A stretch of 64,000 bases of DNA from Terriglobia bacterium (lineage in GTDB: Bacteria > Acidobacteriota > Terriglobia > Bryobacterales > UBA6623): positions 17,763 through 81,762 of the forward strand of contig VXMF01000008.1 in NCBI GenBank assembly GCA_009841225.1, read 5' to 3'. Shown here piece by piece: positions 43,006-52,853 of this stretch. Below the pieces are notes generated by a model. That model worked only from the letters and a program-made list of their open reading frames with translations, did not search any database and was not told where the DNA came from. Each line of letters begins with the position of its first letter. The first letter of the stretch is position 1. A program made the translations under genes and the position numbers.

Positions 43006-43755
43006 ATGGGGGATCGGCTCGAGAACATGGACGAAGGCTGGACAGAACAGGACAGCACCACGTTCCTGAGGGATGCCGAGTGCTTCGTGCCGGAGCGGGA
43101 GCTGCTGGTCGAGAGCGTTTGCCGGCTCATTCCGACCGGGATTGAATCCGACCTAGTCGTCGAGCTCTGTTGCGGCGACGGCGTACTTAGCGAGGCGATC
43201 CTTGACAACCTGGAACAGGTCCGGGTGCTTGCTCTCGACGCATCGGACGTGATGCTCGAGGCCTGCAGGCAACGGACCGAGCGCTACAAGAATCGAATCA
43301 GGGTCGGCCGGTTCGATCTCGGGAGCCCGGACTGGCGGAAGTTTGCCCAGCCGCCTCGAGCGATCGTGTCAACCTTCGCGATCCACCACTTGGCGGACAA
43401 CGCGAAGCGCAGGCTCTTCCGCGACATGGCAGGTCAGCTTGCCCCGGGCGGCGTACTGGCCACCGCCGACCTGATCCAACCGTCAAGCGAGGCTTCGACC
43501 CGGCTGGCTGCCTGGCAATGGGACGAAGCTGTCAAAGAGCGATCCATCCAATTACGGGGAGACTTGTCAGGGCTCGCGTCCTTTCGCGCCGAACGGTGGA
43601 ACCATCACGCGCTGGCAGACCCGGATCCGATCGACCAGCCCGCGCACCTGCTCGACCAGCTCCTCTGGCTGTCGGAGGCAGGACTGGAGAGCGTGGATGT
43701 GCATTGGTCGAAGGGCGGGATGAGCCTCTTTAGCGGCGTCAGGCCGTCAGCCTAA
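43006..43755 (+). CDS. Class I SAM-dependent methyltransferase
   Basis: VVELCCGDG motif I, LALDASDVML, STFAIHHL, LAPGGVLATAD. Confidence 0.88.
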   Translation: MGDRLENMDEGWTEQDSTTFLRDAECFVPERELLVESVCRLIPTGIESDLVVELCCGDGVLSEAILDNLEQVRVLALDASDVMLEACRQRTERYKNRIRVGRFDLGSPDWRKFAQPPRAIVSTFAIHHLADNAKRRLFRDMAGQLAPGGVLATADLIQPSSEASTRLAAWQWDEAVKERSIQLRGDLSGLASFRAERWNHHALADPDPIDQPAHLLDQLLWLSEAGLESVDVHWSKGGMSLFSGVRPSA

Positions 43756-45953
43756 CCAGCAGGTTCGGCTCGCCGCTCCGAGCTAGCCGGCGCTGTCGGC
43801 GCAGGCTCTACCGTCAGCCTGATCAGACCGCTCGCCACCCAGCGCTCTCGCACCAGCACTTCGGCCGAGATCTCGCAGGACCCTACAACAGCCTCTTGGG
43901 TCGCCGCCAGATCGACCGTGAAGCGCTGGCCATGCCTGCGCACCTCGGCAGACACTCCTTGCGGCAGTCCCTTGACGGTTAGCGGCGCATCCTCGGGCAA
44001 GTCCGCGCCATCCAACTCAAGTGTCGCGTGACCGCCCTGCGCCAAGGTCACGCTCTCGGTGGTCGTTGAGAGGCCGCCCTGCGACGGCTCGACTACCGTC
44101 ATCTCAACTGCTGGCAGCGGCCTGCGCACGAAATTCCAAAGATCGAGCAGCGGTCCCATGATGAGCGTGGAGCGGGCTTCCACCACTTGCCGGTCCGGAC
44201 TCGGCTCTTCAGCCGTCGGCGTGCCGAGAACTCGAATCGGATAGGTCCCCAGTGGCAGGGACTCCGGCACCCCGATCCGAAAGACGTGCTCCGGGATGAT
44301 CATGTCCGCACCGTCGGCGTTGGGCTCGAAGAGCTGGTCTGCCCGGAATCGAGCCCCGTGTCCAGCCACCCCGGGCGGCATCCCCTCGAGCCAGATCGAG
44401 ACCTCTCCCGAGAAACCCGCCTCGCGGACCAGGTGAACCTTGAGCTCGCCTTCGCCACCTCGCGCGACGGCGAAGTTCTCTGGCGTGGTGAAGAGTTGGA
44501 AACTTGGCCGCTCGCTGCGCACCTTCAAGCGGTAACGGTAGCTCGGGCCGCCGCGTGAGGTGCGATCCCTGATCTCGACAAAGAACACATCGTCCTGATC
44601 CGGCGTGTAATACAGGCTGCTGTCGGGATTGCCGAGCAACGTGCCCTGGCCGGCTACGACGTCGTCGTTCTCAGCGAGCCGCCGTCCCTCCGAATCGCGG
44701 ATCGTCAGAACGGGATCGAGGTGCGGCACGCCGAGTTGAGTCGCGAGGGTCCAGAACCGCAGAGGTACGCCGGCTACACCGTGAATGGCGAACACATCGC
44801 GCTCGCCCGGCGTTTCGAGCACGCCGTCGATCAGATAGCCGCCCTCGCGCCAGTCGGCGGAGGCCGCGTTGGACTCGCCGAATTCCTGCAAGCTGCCCAG
44901 CTCGATGATGGGCCCGTCGGCAATCCCGTTCGCTCCAGCGGCCCAGACCCGCCACAGTCCGGCCTCGGCATCGGCCGGGACGGCCAGCTCCACCACGACC
45001 TCGTCTTGGTCAACCTGCACGACCTTCCCTTCAATGCGGGGCACAAGCGGTCCGCTGGCGGGGTCCGGCCGGAAGTGTATCGGCATCGTGAACGGGTACG
45101 TCATACGGGCATATTCGGCCGCTCGCAGGGCGGTCACGAACACGCTCCGAACTGTGCCCAGCCCACTGCCATGCAGCGTCAGGCTTGAACTGCTGCCGAT
45201 CGCGACGCCCAATGGTGCCGCGTATTCGATCGTCGGCAACGAGCTTGTGCGCAGGATGTACGAGGAGTTCTTCCCGAAGTTAAATCCTCGCGGGCCGCGA
45301 TACTGATCAACCTTGATGTAATGCGTCCCGGCCTTCTGAAAGGTGTGCTCGATGAATGGCGTTTCAAGGTAGTCGTCTCGGTCATCGTTGAATCTCACGC
45401 TTCGGCCGTCCCGGTCCAGCAGGGACATCTTCGCCTCGACCGCCGAACCATACTCGATCGAGCGTAATTCGATGGCGAGTCGCTCGCCGGCGTGCGCATG
45501 GATCGCGAAAACATCGATGTCCTCGGACCCCTCTAGTACCCCTTGGACCTCCGTGGGCAGGCTGGCGATTTCTTGCGCCCGTCCTACAACGTCGTTCGGC
45601 TCGGCTTCACGCAGGTCCCGAAACTGGCCCACGTTGAACATCGCCGTTGTCGAGTACCCGTCCGCTGTCCGCACGCGAAATAGGTGCGGGCCGAGGGCAG
45701 CGTCGGCAGCGATAGACACGACCCCGCGAAGCTTGCCAGCGCTCGCGTAGGTGGTGGAGGTCCAGGCAATGTCTGCCGAGTCGAACTCCAGCCCCGAGAC
45801 ATTGGAGAGATGCCTGCCCAAGATTTCCAGCTCGACCTCGGTGCCTCGCTGTCCACCCAGCGGGTCGACCCTGCTAACGGCCGGGCTAGGCAGATCGCTT
45901 GCCAGAGCGTGCAATCCGAGCGCGCAGGCGACCAGCGGCCCGAGGCGTGGCAA
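43752..45953 (-). CDS. Exported PPC (pre-peptidase C-terminal)-domain / Ig-like repeat protein, copy A
   Basis: Signal peptide; PLGGQRGTEVELEILG, REAEPND, DIDVF, ENDD..NPDS, YRYRL. Confidence 0.85.
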   Translation of the reverse strand: MPRLGPLVACALGLHALASDLPSPAVSRVDPLGGQRGTEVELEILGRHLSNVSGLEFDSADIAWTSTTYASAGKLRGVVSIAADAALGPHLFRVRTADGYSTTAMFNVGQFRDLREAEPNDVVGRAQEIASLPTEVQGVLEGSEDIDVFAIHAHAGERLAIELRSIEYGSAVEAKMSLLDRDGRSVRFNDDRDDYLETPFIEHTFQKAGTHYIKVDQYRGPRGFNFGKNSSYILRTSSLPTIEYAAPLGVAIGSSSSLTLHGSGLGTVRSVFVTALRAAEYARMTYPFTMPIHFRPDPASGPLVPRIEGKVVQVDQDEVVVELAVPADAEAGLWRVWAAGANGIADGPIIELGSLQEFGESNAASADWREGGYLIDGVLETPGERDVFAIHGVAGVPLRFWTLATQLGVPHLDPVLTIRDSEGRRLAENDDVVAGQGTLLGNPDSSLYYTPDQDDVFFVEIRDRTSRGGPSYRYRLKVRSERPSFQLFTTPENFAVARGGEGELKVHLVREAGFSGEVSIWLEGMPPGVAGHGARFRADQLFEPNADGADMIIPEHVFRIGVPESLPLGTYPIRVLGTPTAEEPSPDRQVVEARSTLIMGPLLDLWNFVRRPLPAVEMTVVEPSQGGLSTTTESVTLAQGGHATLELDGADLPEDAPLTVKGLPQGVSAEVRRHGQRFTVDLAATQEAVVGSCEISAEVLVRERWVASGLIRLTVEPAPTAPASSERRAEPAG

Positions 45954-45956
45954 TCC

Positions 45957-47234
45957 TTAGCTCCAGAGCTCTTCGACGGGCTGGCCTTCCTTGTTGATGG
46001 CAATCGGTCGGCCGTTGGCGTGGTAGTTCTTGCGGTAGTCGATTCCCAGCGCTTCATAGACGGTCGCGCCGAGATCTTCGATGCTGACCGGGCGGCGAAT
46101 CGGCTCCGCCGCGTGCCCGTCGGTCTCGCCGATGACCGCACCGCCCTGTATCCCGGCACCGGCGAGCGCCACCGAGAAGGCGCCCGGCCAATGATCGCGG
46201 CCACCGGAGAAATTGATCTTCGGAGTCCGTCCGAAATCTCCGATCACAAGCACTAACGTCGAATCCAACAGCCCCCGCTGCTCAAGGTCTTCCAACAACG
46301 TGACGAATGCTCGGTCAAATTCCGGGACCAGCTTCTTGTGCTCGGGCTCGTTATTGACATGGGTGTCGTATCCCCACTGGAAGATGCTGGCTAGGCGAAC
46401 GCCCGCTTCTACTAGGCGGCGCGCCAGCAGGGCGCCCTGTCCGATGGTCGTGCGCCCGTAAGCGTCGCGCAGCTCGGCCGGCTCGGCCGAGATGTCGAAT
46501 GCCTGCTTGGCTGCCGGCGAAGAGATCAAGTCGAACGCCTTCTGGTAGAACTCGTCCATGGAGTCGATCAGCGGGGACTGTTCGACCCGCTGGAACTCTC
46601 GATTCAGCGCTCCCAGAAGCTCGGTGCGCGAGCGGGCCTCGGACAAGTTGATCCCGCCGGGCAGCGTCAGGTCCTGGACCGAGAAGTTCTCCGCCGTCGG
46701 CTCCCCGCTCACGAACGGATCGAAAGTCGGGCCGAGAAAGCCCGCCTCGGCCGACAAATCGGCCATTGGAATCGACACGAACGGCGGCAGGCCGTTCTTC
46801 GGGCCGAGCTCCTTTGCGAGCGTCGCCCCATAGCTCGGCTGCAGCACTTCGTTCCTGGGCTTGGTTCCGCTAAATACGTATTGCCGGGCACGCTCGTGGA
46901 TCGCTTCGTCGGAATGCATCGAGCGGATGATGGAGAACTTGTGGAGTGCCTTGGCGGAGCGCGGGAGCAGTTCAGACACCCGGACTCCCGGCACGGCGGT
47001 GGGAATCGCCTTGAAGCTGCCGCGAATGTCCGAGACGGCCTCGGGCTTGGGATCGAACGTGTCCAGCTGGCTGGCGCCGCCGGCTTGGAACAGTACGATG
47101 CAGGACCGCTCGCTACCTTCGCTGGCAGCAAGCAGCCTTGTCAGGTTGATGCCGGAGAACGCAAGCGATCCGACCTTGAGAAAGTCGCGTCGGCTAGCGC
47201 CGAACAGTGCTCTTGGAGGCCGGACGATTGGCAT
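45957..47234 (-). CDS. DUF1501 family protein, Tat substrate, copy A
   Basis: SRRDFLK Tat motif; GGASQLDTFDPKP, SIIRSMH, YDTH, GDFGRTP, GRDHWP. Confidence 0.92.
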   Translation of the reverse strand: MPIVRPPRALFGASRRDFLKVGSLAFSGINLTRLLAASEGSERSCIVLFQAGGASQLDTFDPKPEAVSDIRGSFKAIPTAVPGVRVSELLPRSAKALHKFSIIRSMHSDEAIHERARQYVFSGTKPRNEVLQPSYGATLAKELGPKNGLPPFVSIPMADLSAEAGFLGPTFDPFVSGEPTAENFSVQDLTLPGGINLSEARSRTELLGALNREFQRVEQSPLIDSMDEFYQKAFDLISSPAAKQAFDISAEPAELRDAYGRTTIGQGALLARRLVEAGVRLASIFQWGYDTHVNNEPEHKKLVPEFDRAFVTLLEDLEQRGLLDSTLVLVIGDFGRTPKINFSGGRDHWPGAFSVALAGAGIQGGAVIGETDGHAAEPIRRPVSIEDLGATVYEALGIDYRKNYHANGRPIAINKEGQPVEELWS

Positions 47235-47246
47235 CGTGACACCTTC

Positions 47247-49850
47247 TCAGTGATTGAGCTGGAACTCCTCGGAATTCAGCACCGCCCAGAGCACGTTCTC
47301 GAACGCCCTGCGGCGACTGCGCCCTGCGGCTCGCTCGGCGGCGACGAACCGAGCGATTCGGCCCTGCTCCCTCTGGCTGGGCGGGCGGGCATAGGCACGT
47401 TCGTAGAGCGTGGCGACCAGTTGCCCGTCGGCAATGCCCTGCCCCAGTAGATCGCCCAAGATGTTGCCTTCCGCCCCCACCTTGTCGCGCACCGTCGCAC
47501 CGTTCATTAGATGCAGCGCTTGACTCAGTGTGGGCTCTGGCACCCGATCCTTCAAGATGTCCCGACGCGGCAGCCCAAAAGCTACCAAGAAATAGTCCGG
47601 GCCGTCCGGTACATAGATGTCCTTTGCGGAGGTGCCCTCCGGGTAGCCGTCGAAGGGATGCGGGACGCCCGTGACTTGACCCAAGATGTCGAGTAGCACC
47701 TCCGCTGACAGCCGGCGCGGCTGGTAGCTGCCGAACAGCGTACGACGGACCGGGCTCGAATCATTCGCACGGGACGACAGCTGGTAGGTCCGCGAGTTCA
47801 AGATCGCGCGATGGAGGGGCTTGAGTCGGTATCCGTTGCGGACGAAGAACTCCGCCAGCCGATCCAGAAGCTCAGGGTTCGAGGGCTGGTTCGTGGAGCG
47901 AAAGTCATCGTACGGCTCCACGATGCCGGTACCGAAGTACTGGTGCCACACGCGGTTGACCGTGGCCTTTGCGAAGTACGGATTCTCAGCCGAGACGATC
48001 CAGTCGGCCAAGACATCGCGCCTATCGCGTCCCTTCGGGATGTCGGGCGCGGGGCCTCCCAAGAACTTTGGAGGCACCTGCCGCTTGGTCGCGGGATGCT
48101 CGACCTCGCCCTCCTCGTCGACGTACCAAGTGCGGCGGTACGCGCCGTAGCCGTGCTTGACCCGCAAGCGGGCGAAAAAAGCCGCCAAGCCGTAGAAGTC
48201 GTCCTGTGTGTAGTTCTCCAACGGATGGCTATGGCATTCGGCACACTCCATGCGCACGCCAAGGAACAACCGCGACACCGTTGGCGTCACCTTGGCAACG
48301 CTGAACTCCTTGAGCATGAAGTCCGTGGCGGGATGCCAGAAGTTGGCAGCCGGGTTGAGCATCGTGTCCCCGGTGCTCGTCAGCAGCTCTCGCGCGAATT
48401 CGTCATATGGCCGGTCGTCCGCCAGCCAATCCCGGACCCAGTCCTTGAAGACCCCCATCGAGCGGCCTTGCGAGTGCAGCTGGCAATTGCGGAACCAGTC
48501 CTCGAACCGCACTGTCCAATGCGAGGCGTGCTCCGGCCGCTCCAGCAATCTGTCGATCAGGTGCGACCGCTTGTCTGCTCTGCTGTCCTGCACGAAGGAG
48601 CGCACCTCATGCGGTTCCGGCAGCAGGCCGATGGAGTCCAGATAGACCCGCCGCACGAATTCCTGATCGGATGTCGGGGCGGACGGCCTGACATTCATCT
48701 GACGGAGCTTTGCGAAGACCGCTTCGTCGATGAAGTTGCCCGTCTCGTAGGCGGGATAGTCCGGTCCGGCCACCGCATCTAGGACGCCGATTTGCGAGGT
48801 CGCCACCTTGCCCATCGCACGCGCCGTGACAGTCACCAGTCCCCGGCTCTCTGCAGCCAAGGTGCCGTTGGGAGCGATCTCGGCGATGGCGCTGTCGCCC
48901 GAGAAGTAGCGCACCTCGCGAGTCATGTCTCGCGTGCTGCCGTCGGACAGACGTCCGATCGCGACCATCCTCTGTTCTGCACCCGAACCCACGAGCACGC
49001 GCTCGGACGGATACAACTCCAGCCGTTCCAACCGGGCGCCGTGGCTTCCGAACGGCGCTCCTTGGCGCAGCCAGCTGAGGATCGTCTCGTACTCTTCGGA
49101 ATCCCTTTCCATCAGCCGACCGCCGCCATGAGTCTCCTGAAAGGTGGGCTTGCGCAGGAGCAAGCTTTGCTCGGGGTTCTCCAAGTCGACCCGCTGCCCG
49201 TCGCGGCCCGCGACGATCGCATCGTGGTCAGCCCCGATGTCGTACCCGAACAGTGAGAGCTTGAATCCGGCTTGGCCGGCGGGAGATCCGTGGCACGCGG
49301 ATCCGTTGCACCCTTTCAACGTCAATATCGAGACGATATCCGTTGCAAAGCTGACCGCGACTTCGCGCTCGCCCGCTCCCACGCGCACCTCGGTCGTCGC
49401 GGAGAGCGAGCCGCACTGGGCCCGCACTTCGGCGCGACCCTGCGCAACACCGACCAGCCTCGCTAGAGCGGTGTCAACCCGAACCACTGCTGGGGCGGAC
49501 GAGGTCACGAAGCAATCGTGGCTGACGTCTGCCTCGTGGCCGGTGGCGTCCACGGCCGTCAGCAGGAAGCCCTGCGCGAGGCCCGGCTCGGCTAGAACGA
49601 TGCCCGTGGGCTCGAAGCGCAACGCTTGCCAGTCGGACTGCTGCGATTCAGCAGGGGCCGGCACCGCAAGCGCGGCGAATATGGCGACTGCAGCTCGGCC
49701 GGCAATCCCCCGCGCTTGAGCCGGGTCGCGGTCCCTCGCGGGGAGCCCGATCCGGCGACGGAGTCGCCAGCACGCCGCGACAGCTTGGCACCCCATGCCA
49801 CCTAGGATTCTACATCCCAGAAGCTGCGAGCGGTCCCTCCGCCAAGGCAC
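47247..49850 (-). CDS. Ig-like + DUF1549 + DUF1553 c-type heme protein, copy A
   Basis: GCNGSACHG, GFKLSLFG, FVRRVYLDSIG, RMECAECHSHP, TVNRVW, PRRLSAEVLLD; true start probably 49796 or later. Confidence 0.92.
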   Translation of the reverse strand: MPWRRDRSQLLGCRILGGMGCQAVAACWRLRRRIGLPARDRDPAQARGIAGRAAVAIFAALAVPAPAESQQSDWQALRFEPTGIVLAEPGLAQGFLLTAVDATGHEADVSHDCFVTSSAPAVVRVDTALARLVGVAQGRAEVRAQCGSLSATTEVRVGAGEREVAVSFATDIVSILTLKGCNGSACHGSPAGQAGFKLSLFGYDIGADHDAIVAGRDGQRVDLENPEQSLLLRKPTFQETHGGGRLMERDSEEYETILSWLRQGAPFGSHGARLERLELYPSERVLVGSGAEQRMVAIGRLSDGSTRDMTREVRYFSGDSAIAEIAPNGTLAAESRGLVTVTARAMGKVATSQIGVLDAVAGPDYPAYETGNFIDEAVFAKLRQMNVRPSAPTSDQEFVRRVYLDSIGLLPEPHEVRSFVQDSRADKRSHLIDRLLERPEHASHWTVRFEDWFRNCQLHSQGRSMGVFKDWVRDWLADDRPYDEFARELLTSTGDTMLNPAANFWHPATDFMLKEFSVAKVTPTVSRLFLGVRMECAECHSHPLENYTQDDFYGLAAFFARLRVKHGYGAYRRTWYVDEEGEVEHPATKRQVPPKFLGGPAPDIPKGRDRRDVLADWIVSAENPYFAKATVNRVWHQYFGTGIVEPYDDFRSTNQPSNPELLDRLAEFFVRNGYRLKPLHRAILNSRTYQLSSRANDSSPVRRTLFGSYQPRRLSAEVLLDILGQVTGVPHPFDGYPEGTSAKDIYVPDGPDYFLVAFGLPRRDILKDRVPEPTLSQALHLMNGATVRDKVGAEGNILGDLLGQGIADGQLVATLYERAYARPPSQREQGRIARFVAAERAAGRSRRRAFENVLWAVLNSEEFQLNH

Positions 49851-49902
49851 TAGCGGGCATCAAGCGGGCTCTCTTGCGGCGACGAGCCGCGACCTCGCCT
49901 GC

Positions 49903-52398
49903 TCAACGCACCGTGCCGGCGCTAATCAGATTGGCGAAGATCCGAAAAGCGCCCGGCACGCCTGCCGGCAGCTGCCGGAACCACGAATAGCCGGTGAACA
50001 CGTAAACACCCTTGCCGTAGCGTGCGTAGAGCATGCCCCCTGCCAAGGGATTCTCGCCCTCGTCGTTACATGCCAAGACCGCGTCGTAGCGCTCGTCCCA
50101 GTCCGACATGAAGTACAGGCCGCGTTCCTGCACCCAGCCCTTGAAGTCATCCGCGGTGATGCGATTCGGGACACTGAGCAGGGGATGTTCCGCTCCCGCG
50201 GGAAAGCTCACATCAGCGTGCTCGTCGGTGACGCGCAGCCTTGACTCTGTCATCGGATACGGCCCCAGCGTGGCCGCCGGCGCGCCGCCCGGCCCGCGTC
50301 GCCGGAACGAAGCGGTGTTGTACTGCACGACCAAAGTGCCGCCGTTCTCCACGTATTCCAACACCCGCTCGCGGGCCGCAACTAGGTCGGGCCTCGTATT
50401 GAGGGCCCGGACACCGGTGACCACGGCGTCGAAGCGGCCTAGGTCACCGGCTGCTAGATCCTCTGCGGACAGAAGCGTGACGTTCGCGCCGAGCTCGCGC
50501 AATGCGTCGGGTATCTTGTCGCCTGCTCCCATCACGTATCCGATCTCCCGCGCGAGCAGCTCGACATCAAGCCGCTCCACGCGCATGGCGGCGCGCGGGA
50601 ACACGGGCGTTGCAGGAATGTGGCCGTACTCGATGGTGCGCATGCCCGATCGGATCAGCCGGCCGTCAACCGTCACTGTGGCGGTCAGCTCGCCACCGGA
50701 CGCACTCCCAGGGGGAGTGAGCTGGAACTGAGCGGTCACTTCCTGGCCTCGGCGTTCGAATCGGACCTCCTTCTGCGCTGGCGAGACAGTCCAGCCGTCT
50801 GGCGCGGTCAGGGCCACCGAGGCATTCGCAGTCCCCAGATTCGAGGCCAAGCGCACCGCCACGTCCGTCGCTTCTGCATCGGTGAAGATGCGGTTCTCAC
50901 GGGCGAACGCGACCGTCACGGGAGGCACGACTGCGAGTGGCCTCGTGCGCTCTCCCAGCGAGGGGTCTACCCAGCGATACACGACCGGCTTTTCGATCTC
51001 GACTTCGATGCCACGCGGCGTCTCGAAAGAAAACACCGCCCGGAGCACAGTCTGCGGTCCGGGCGAATCCCCCAAGTCCGCGCACTGCGCATCACCCTGC
51101 GGGCGCTCGGGCAGCCAGTATGGCTGCGAGTAGCAGGCGTGGGCCGGGATCTCCACGCTCGCGGACCGCTGGGCGATCCGGTTGCGCTCCAAGTCCCCCG
51201 CGCTGCCGAGGTCGGCCGCCACCAAGCCCTCCAGCCTCGTGCCCGTCCACCTCCAAGCATGGGGAGCGCGCCACAAGACGCTGCCGGTAACCTCTATGTC
51301 ACCACCGGCCACGGCATCCCAGCGGTCCGCGGCGGCATCGACCCAAACGCCCGCGGCCAGTTCGATGGCCCGCACGAGCTCGGCCCGCTTGTACTCGACA
51401 TCCGGACCGCCAAGCGGCTTGAGCTCCTTGTAGGCTTCCAGCAGGTGAGTGAGCGTCTCGCCCGGCCGGTCGGGTCGGTAGCTGTCCCGAGCCAAGGCCA
51501 AGCTCTCGGCAACCCTCGCCGCGCCTTCGACACGTCCCCAAGTCGTGTCAATGCCGTCGAACAGGTCCTCGGATGCCCTGCTCCCTGCCACGTGCTCGAA
51601 AAAGGTCGGCACGCTGCCCTTGCGCTGGGACGCGCCCATTGCCTGGCTTCTGTGCATGCTGCGGCTTTCGCCCGCGATCTCGGCGTAGGACCTGCCCAGG
51701 ACCGGGTCGTACTCACCCAGTTCCACGCGCAAGCGCCCCGGTTGCTGCGAGGCCTGCTGCTCCATGCGTCGACCGAACGTGAAAACGTTGAAGTAATAGC
51801 GTTCAGCCCGCCATGGCGGAAGGCCCAGCTCCGGAAAGCGCCGCGGGTCCGCGGCGGCTTCGAAAGCGACTGGCCCCGTCCAGCCCACCGCTGTGTGGTG
51901 GCCGTGGCCGCCGCTCCCCGGATGGGGCGGGAACCGCGCTACGATCACATCGGGCCGGATCTTCCGGATGGAGCGCACCATGTCGCGCAGCAGCGTCTGC
52001 TCGCCCCATATGCTCAGGGCCTCCTCCGGCGTCTTGGTGTAGCCCAAGTCCACAACGGTGGCGAAGTCTTGCTCTCCGCCATCGATCCGGCGCGCTTCCA
52101 GCAACTCGTGGGTGCGTATGACGCCCATGAGATGCCCCTGCTCGGTGCCGATGCGGTTTTGGCCCCCTTCGCCGCGAGTCGCCGAAAAGTAGACCGTCCT
52201 AAAATGCCGGCCGCGGGCGAAATAGGCCATGACGGCGGTGTTCTCATCGTCGGGGTGCGCCCCCAGCATCAGCACGGTGCCGACCGTGTTGAGGCGGTCG
52301 AGGAGTTCGTGCAGCTCGGCCGAGCCGCCTGCCGGCGTCGCCGACGCCTGCGGCAGGCTGGCCAACAACAGCACCAAGACGGGCAAGCAACGGGCCAT
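49903..52398 (-). CDS. PIG-L/LmbE family deacetylase with C-terminal accessory domains
   Basis: Signal peptide; GAHPDDE, TRGEGGQN, ELLEARRIDG, HGHH, HRSQAMG, WVQERG. Confidence 0.9.
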   Translation of the reverse strand: MARCLPVLVLLLASLPQASATPAGGSAELHELLDRLNTVGTVLMLGAHPDDENTAVMAYFARGRHFRTVYFSATRGEGGQNRIGTEQGHLMGVIRTHELLEARRIDGGEQDFATVVDLGYTKTPEEALSIWGEQTLLRDMVRSIRKIRPDVIVARFPPHPGSGGHGHHTAVGWTGPVAFEAAADPRRFPELGLPPWRAERYYFNVFTFGRRMEQQASQQPGRLRVELGEYDPVLGRSYAEIAGESRSMHRSQAMGASQRKGSVPTFFEHVAGSRASEDLFDGIDTTWGRVEGAARVAESLALARDSYRPDRPGETLTHLLEAYKELKPLGGPDVEYKRAELVRAIELAAGVWVDAAADRWDAVAGGDIEVTGSVLWRAPHAWRWTGTRLEGLVAADLGSAGDLERNRIAQRSASVEIPAHACYSQPYWLPERPQGDAQCADLGDSPGPQTVLRAVFSFETPRGIEVEIEKPVVYRWVDPSLGERTRPLAVVPPVTVAFARENRIFTDAEATDVAVRLASNLGTANASVALTAPDGWTVSPAQKEVRFERRGQEVTAQFQLTPPGSASGGELTATVTVDGRLIRSGMRTIEYGHIPATPVFPRAAMRVERLDVELLAREIGYVMGAGDKIPDALRELGANVTLLSAEDLAAGDLGRFDAVVTGVRALNTRPDLVAARERVLEYVENGGTLVVQYNTASFRRRGPGGAPAATLGPYPMTESRLRVTDEHADVSFPAGAEHPLLSVPNRITADDFKGWVQERGLYFMSDWDERYDAVLACNDEGENPLAGGMLYARYGKGVYVFTGYSWFRQLPAGVPGAFRIFANLISAGTVR

Positions 52399-52448
52399 AG
52401 ATCATTTCGAGTGTAACGCCTGCGGCTGGCTATTCTGGAAGCTCGTCA

Positions 52449-52853
52449 ATGGATGACGGTGACGCGCAAGCGCTGTTCGATCGGGGCATCGACCTGTTCA
52501 ACAAGCAGGAGTTCTTCGAATGCCACGAAGTGCTTGAGGAGCTGTGGACGTTTTCTCAGCAGCCCGATCGGTGGTTCCTGCAAGCGCTGATCCACTTCGC
52601 AGTGGGCTTCTACCACGCCGGGCGGAGCAATCCTAACGGGGCGACACGCCAGCTGCGCAAGGGCTTGCGCAAGATTCAGGGCTATTTGCCGCAGTGGGAT
52701 GGCGTGGAAACCGGCAAGATCGCCGAAGCAGTGGAGCAACAGCTGCGAGAGATCGAGGCCGGCGGCACCGTCGCCAGCTACCCGCGTATCGTGATGTCCT
52801 CAGCCTGGCCAGGTTTGCGCTCGCCGTTGCGGAAGTGCCAAGGTAACGGGTGA
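52449..52853 (+). CDS. DUF309 family protein
   Basis: GIDLFNKQEFFECHEVLEELW, LQALIHFAVGFYH..N..GA. Confidence 0.85.
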   Translation: MDDGDAQALFDRGIDLFNKQEFFECHEVLEELWTFSQQPDRWFLQALIHFAVGFYHAGRSNPNGATRQLRKGLRKIQGYLPQWDGVETGKIAEAVEQQLREIEAGGTVASYPRIVMSSAWPGLRSPLRKCQGNG

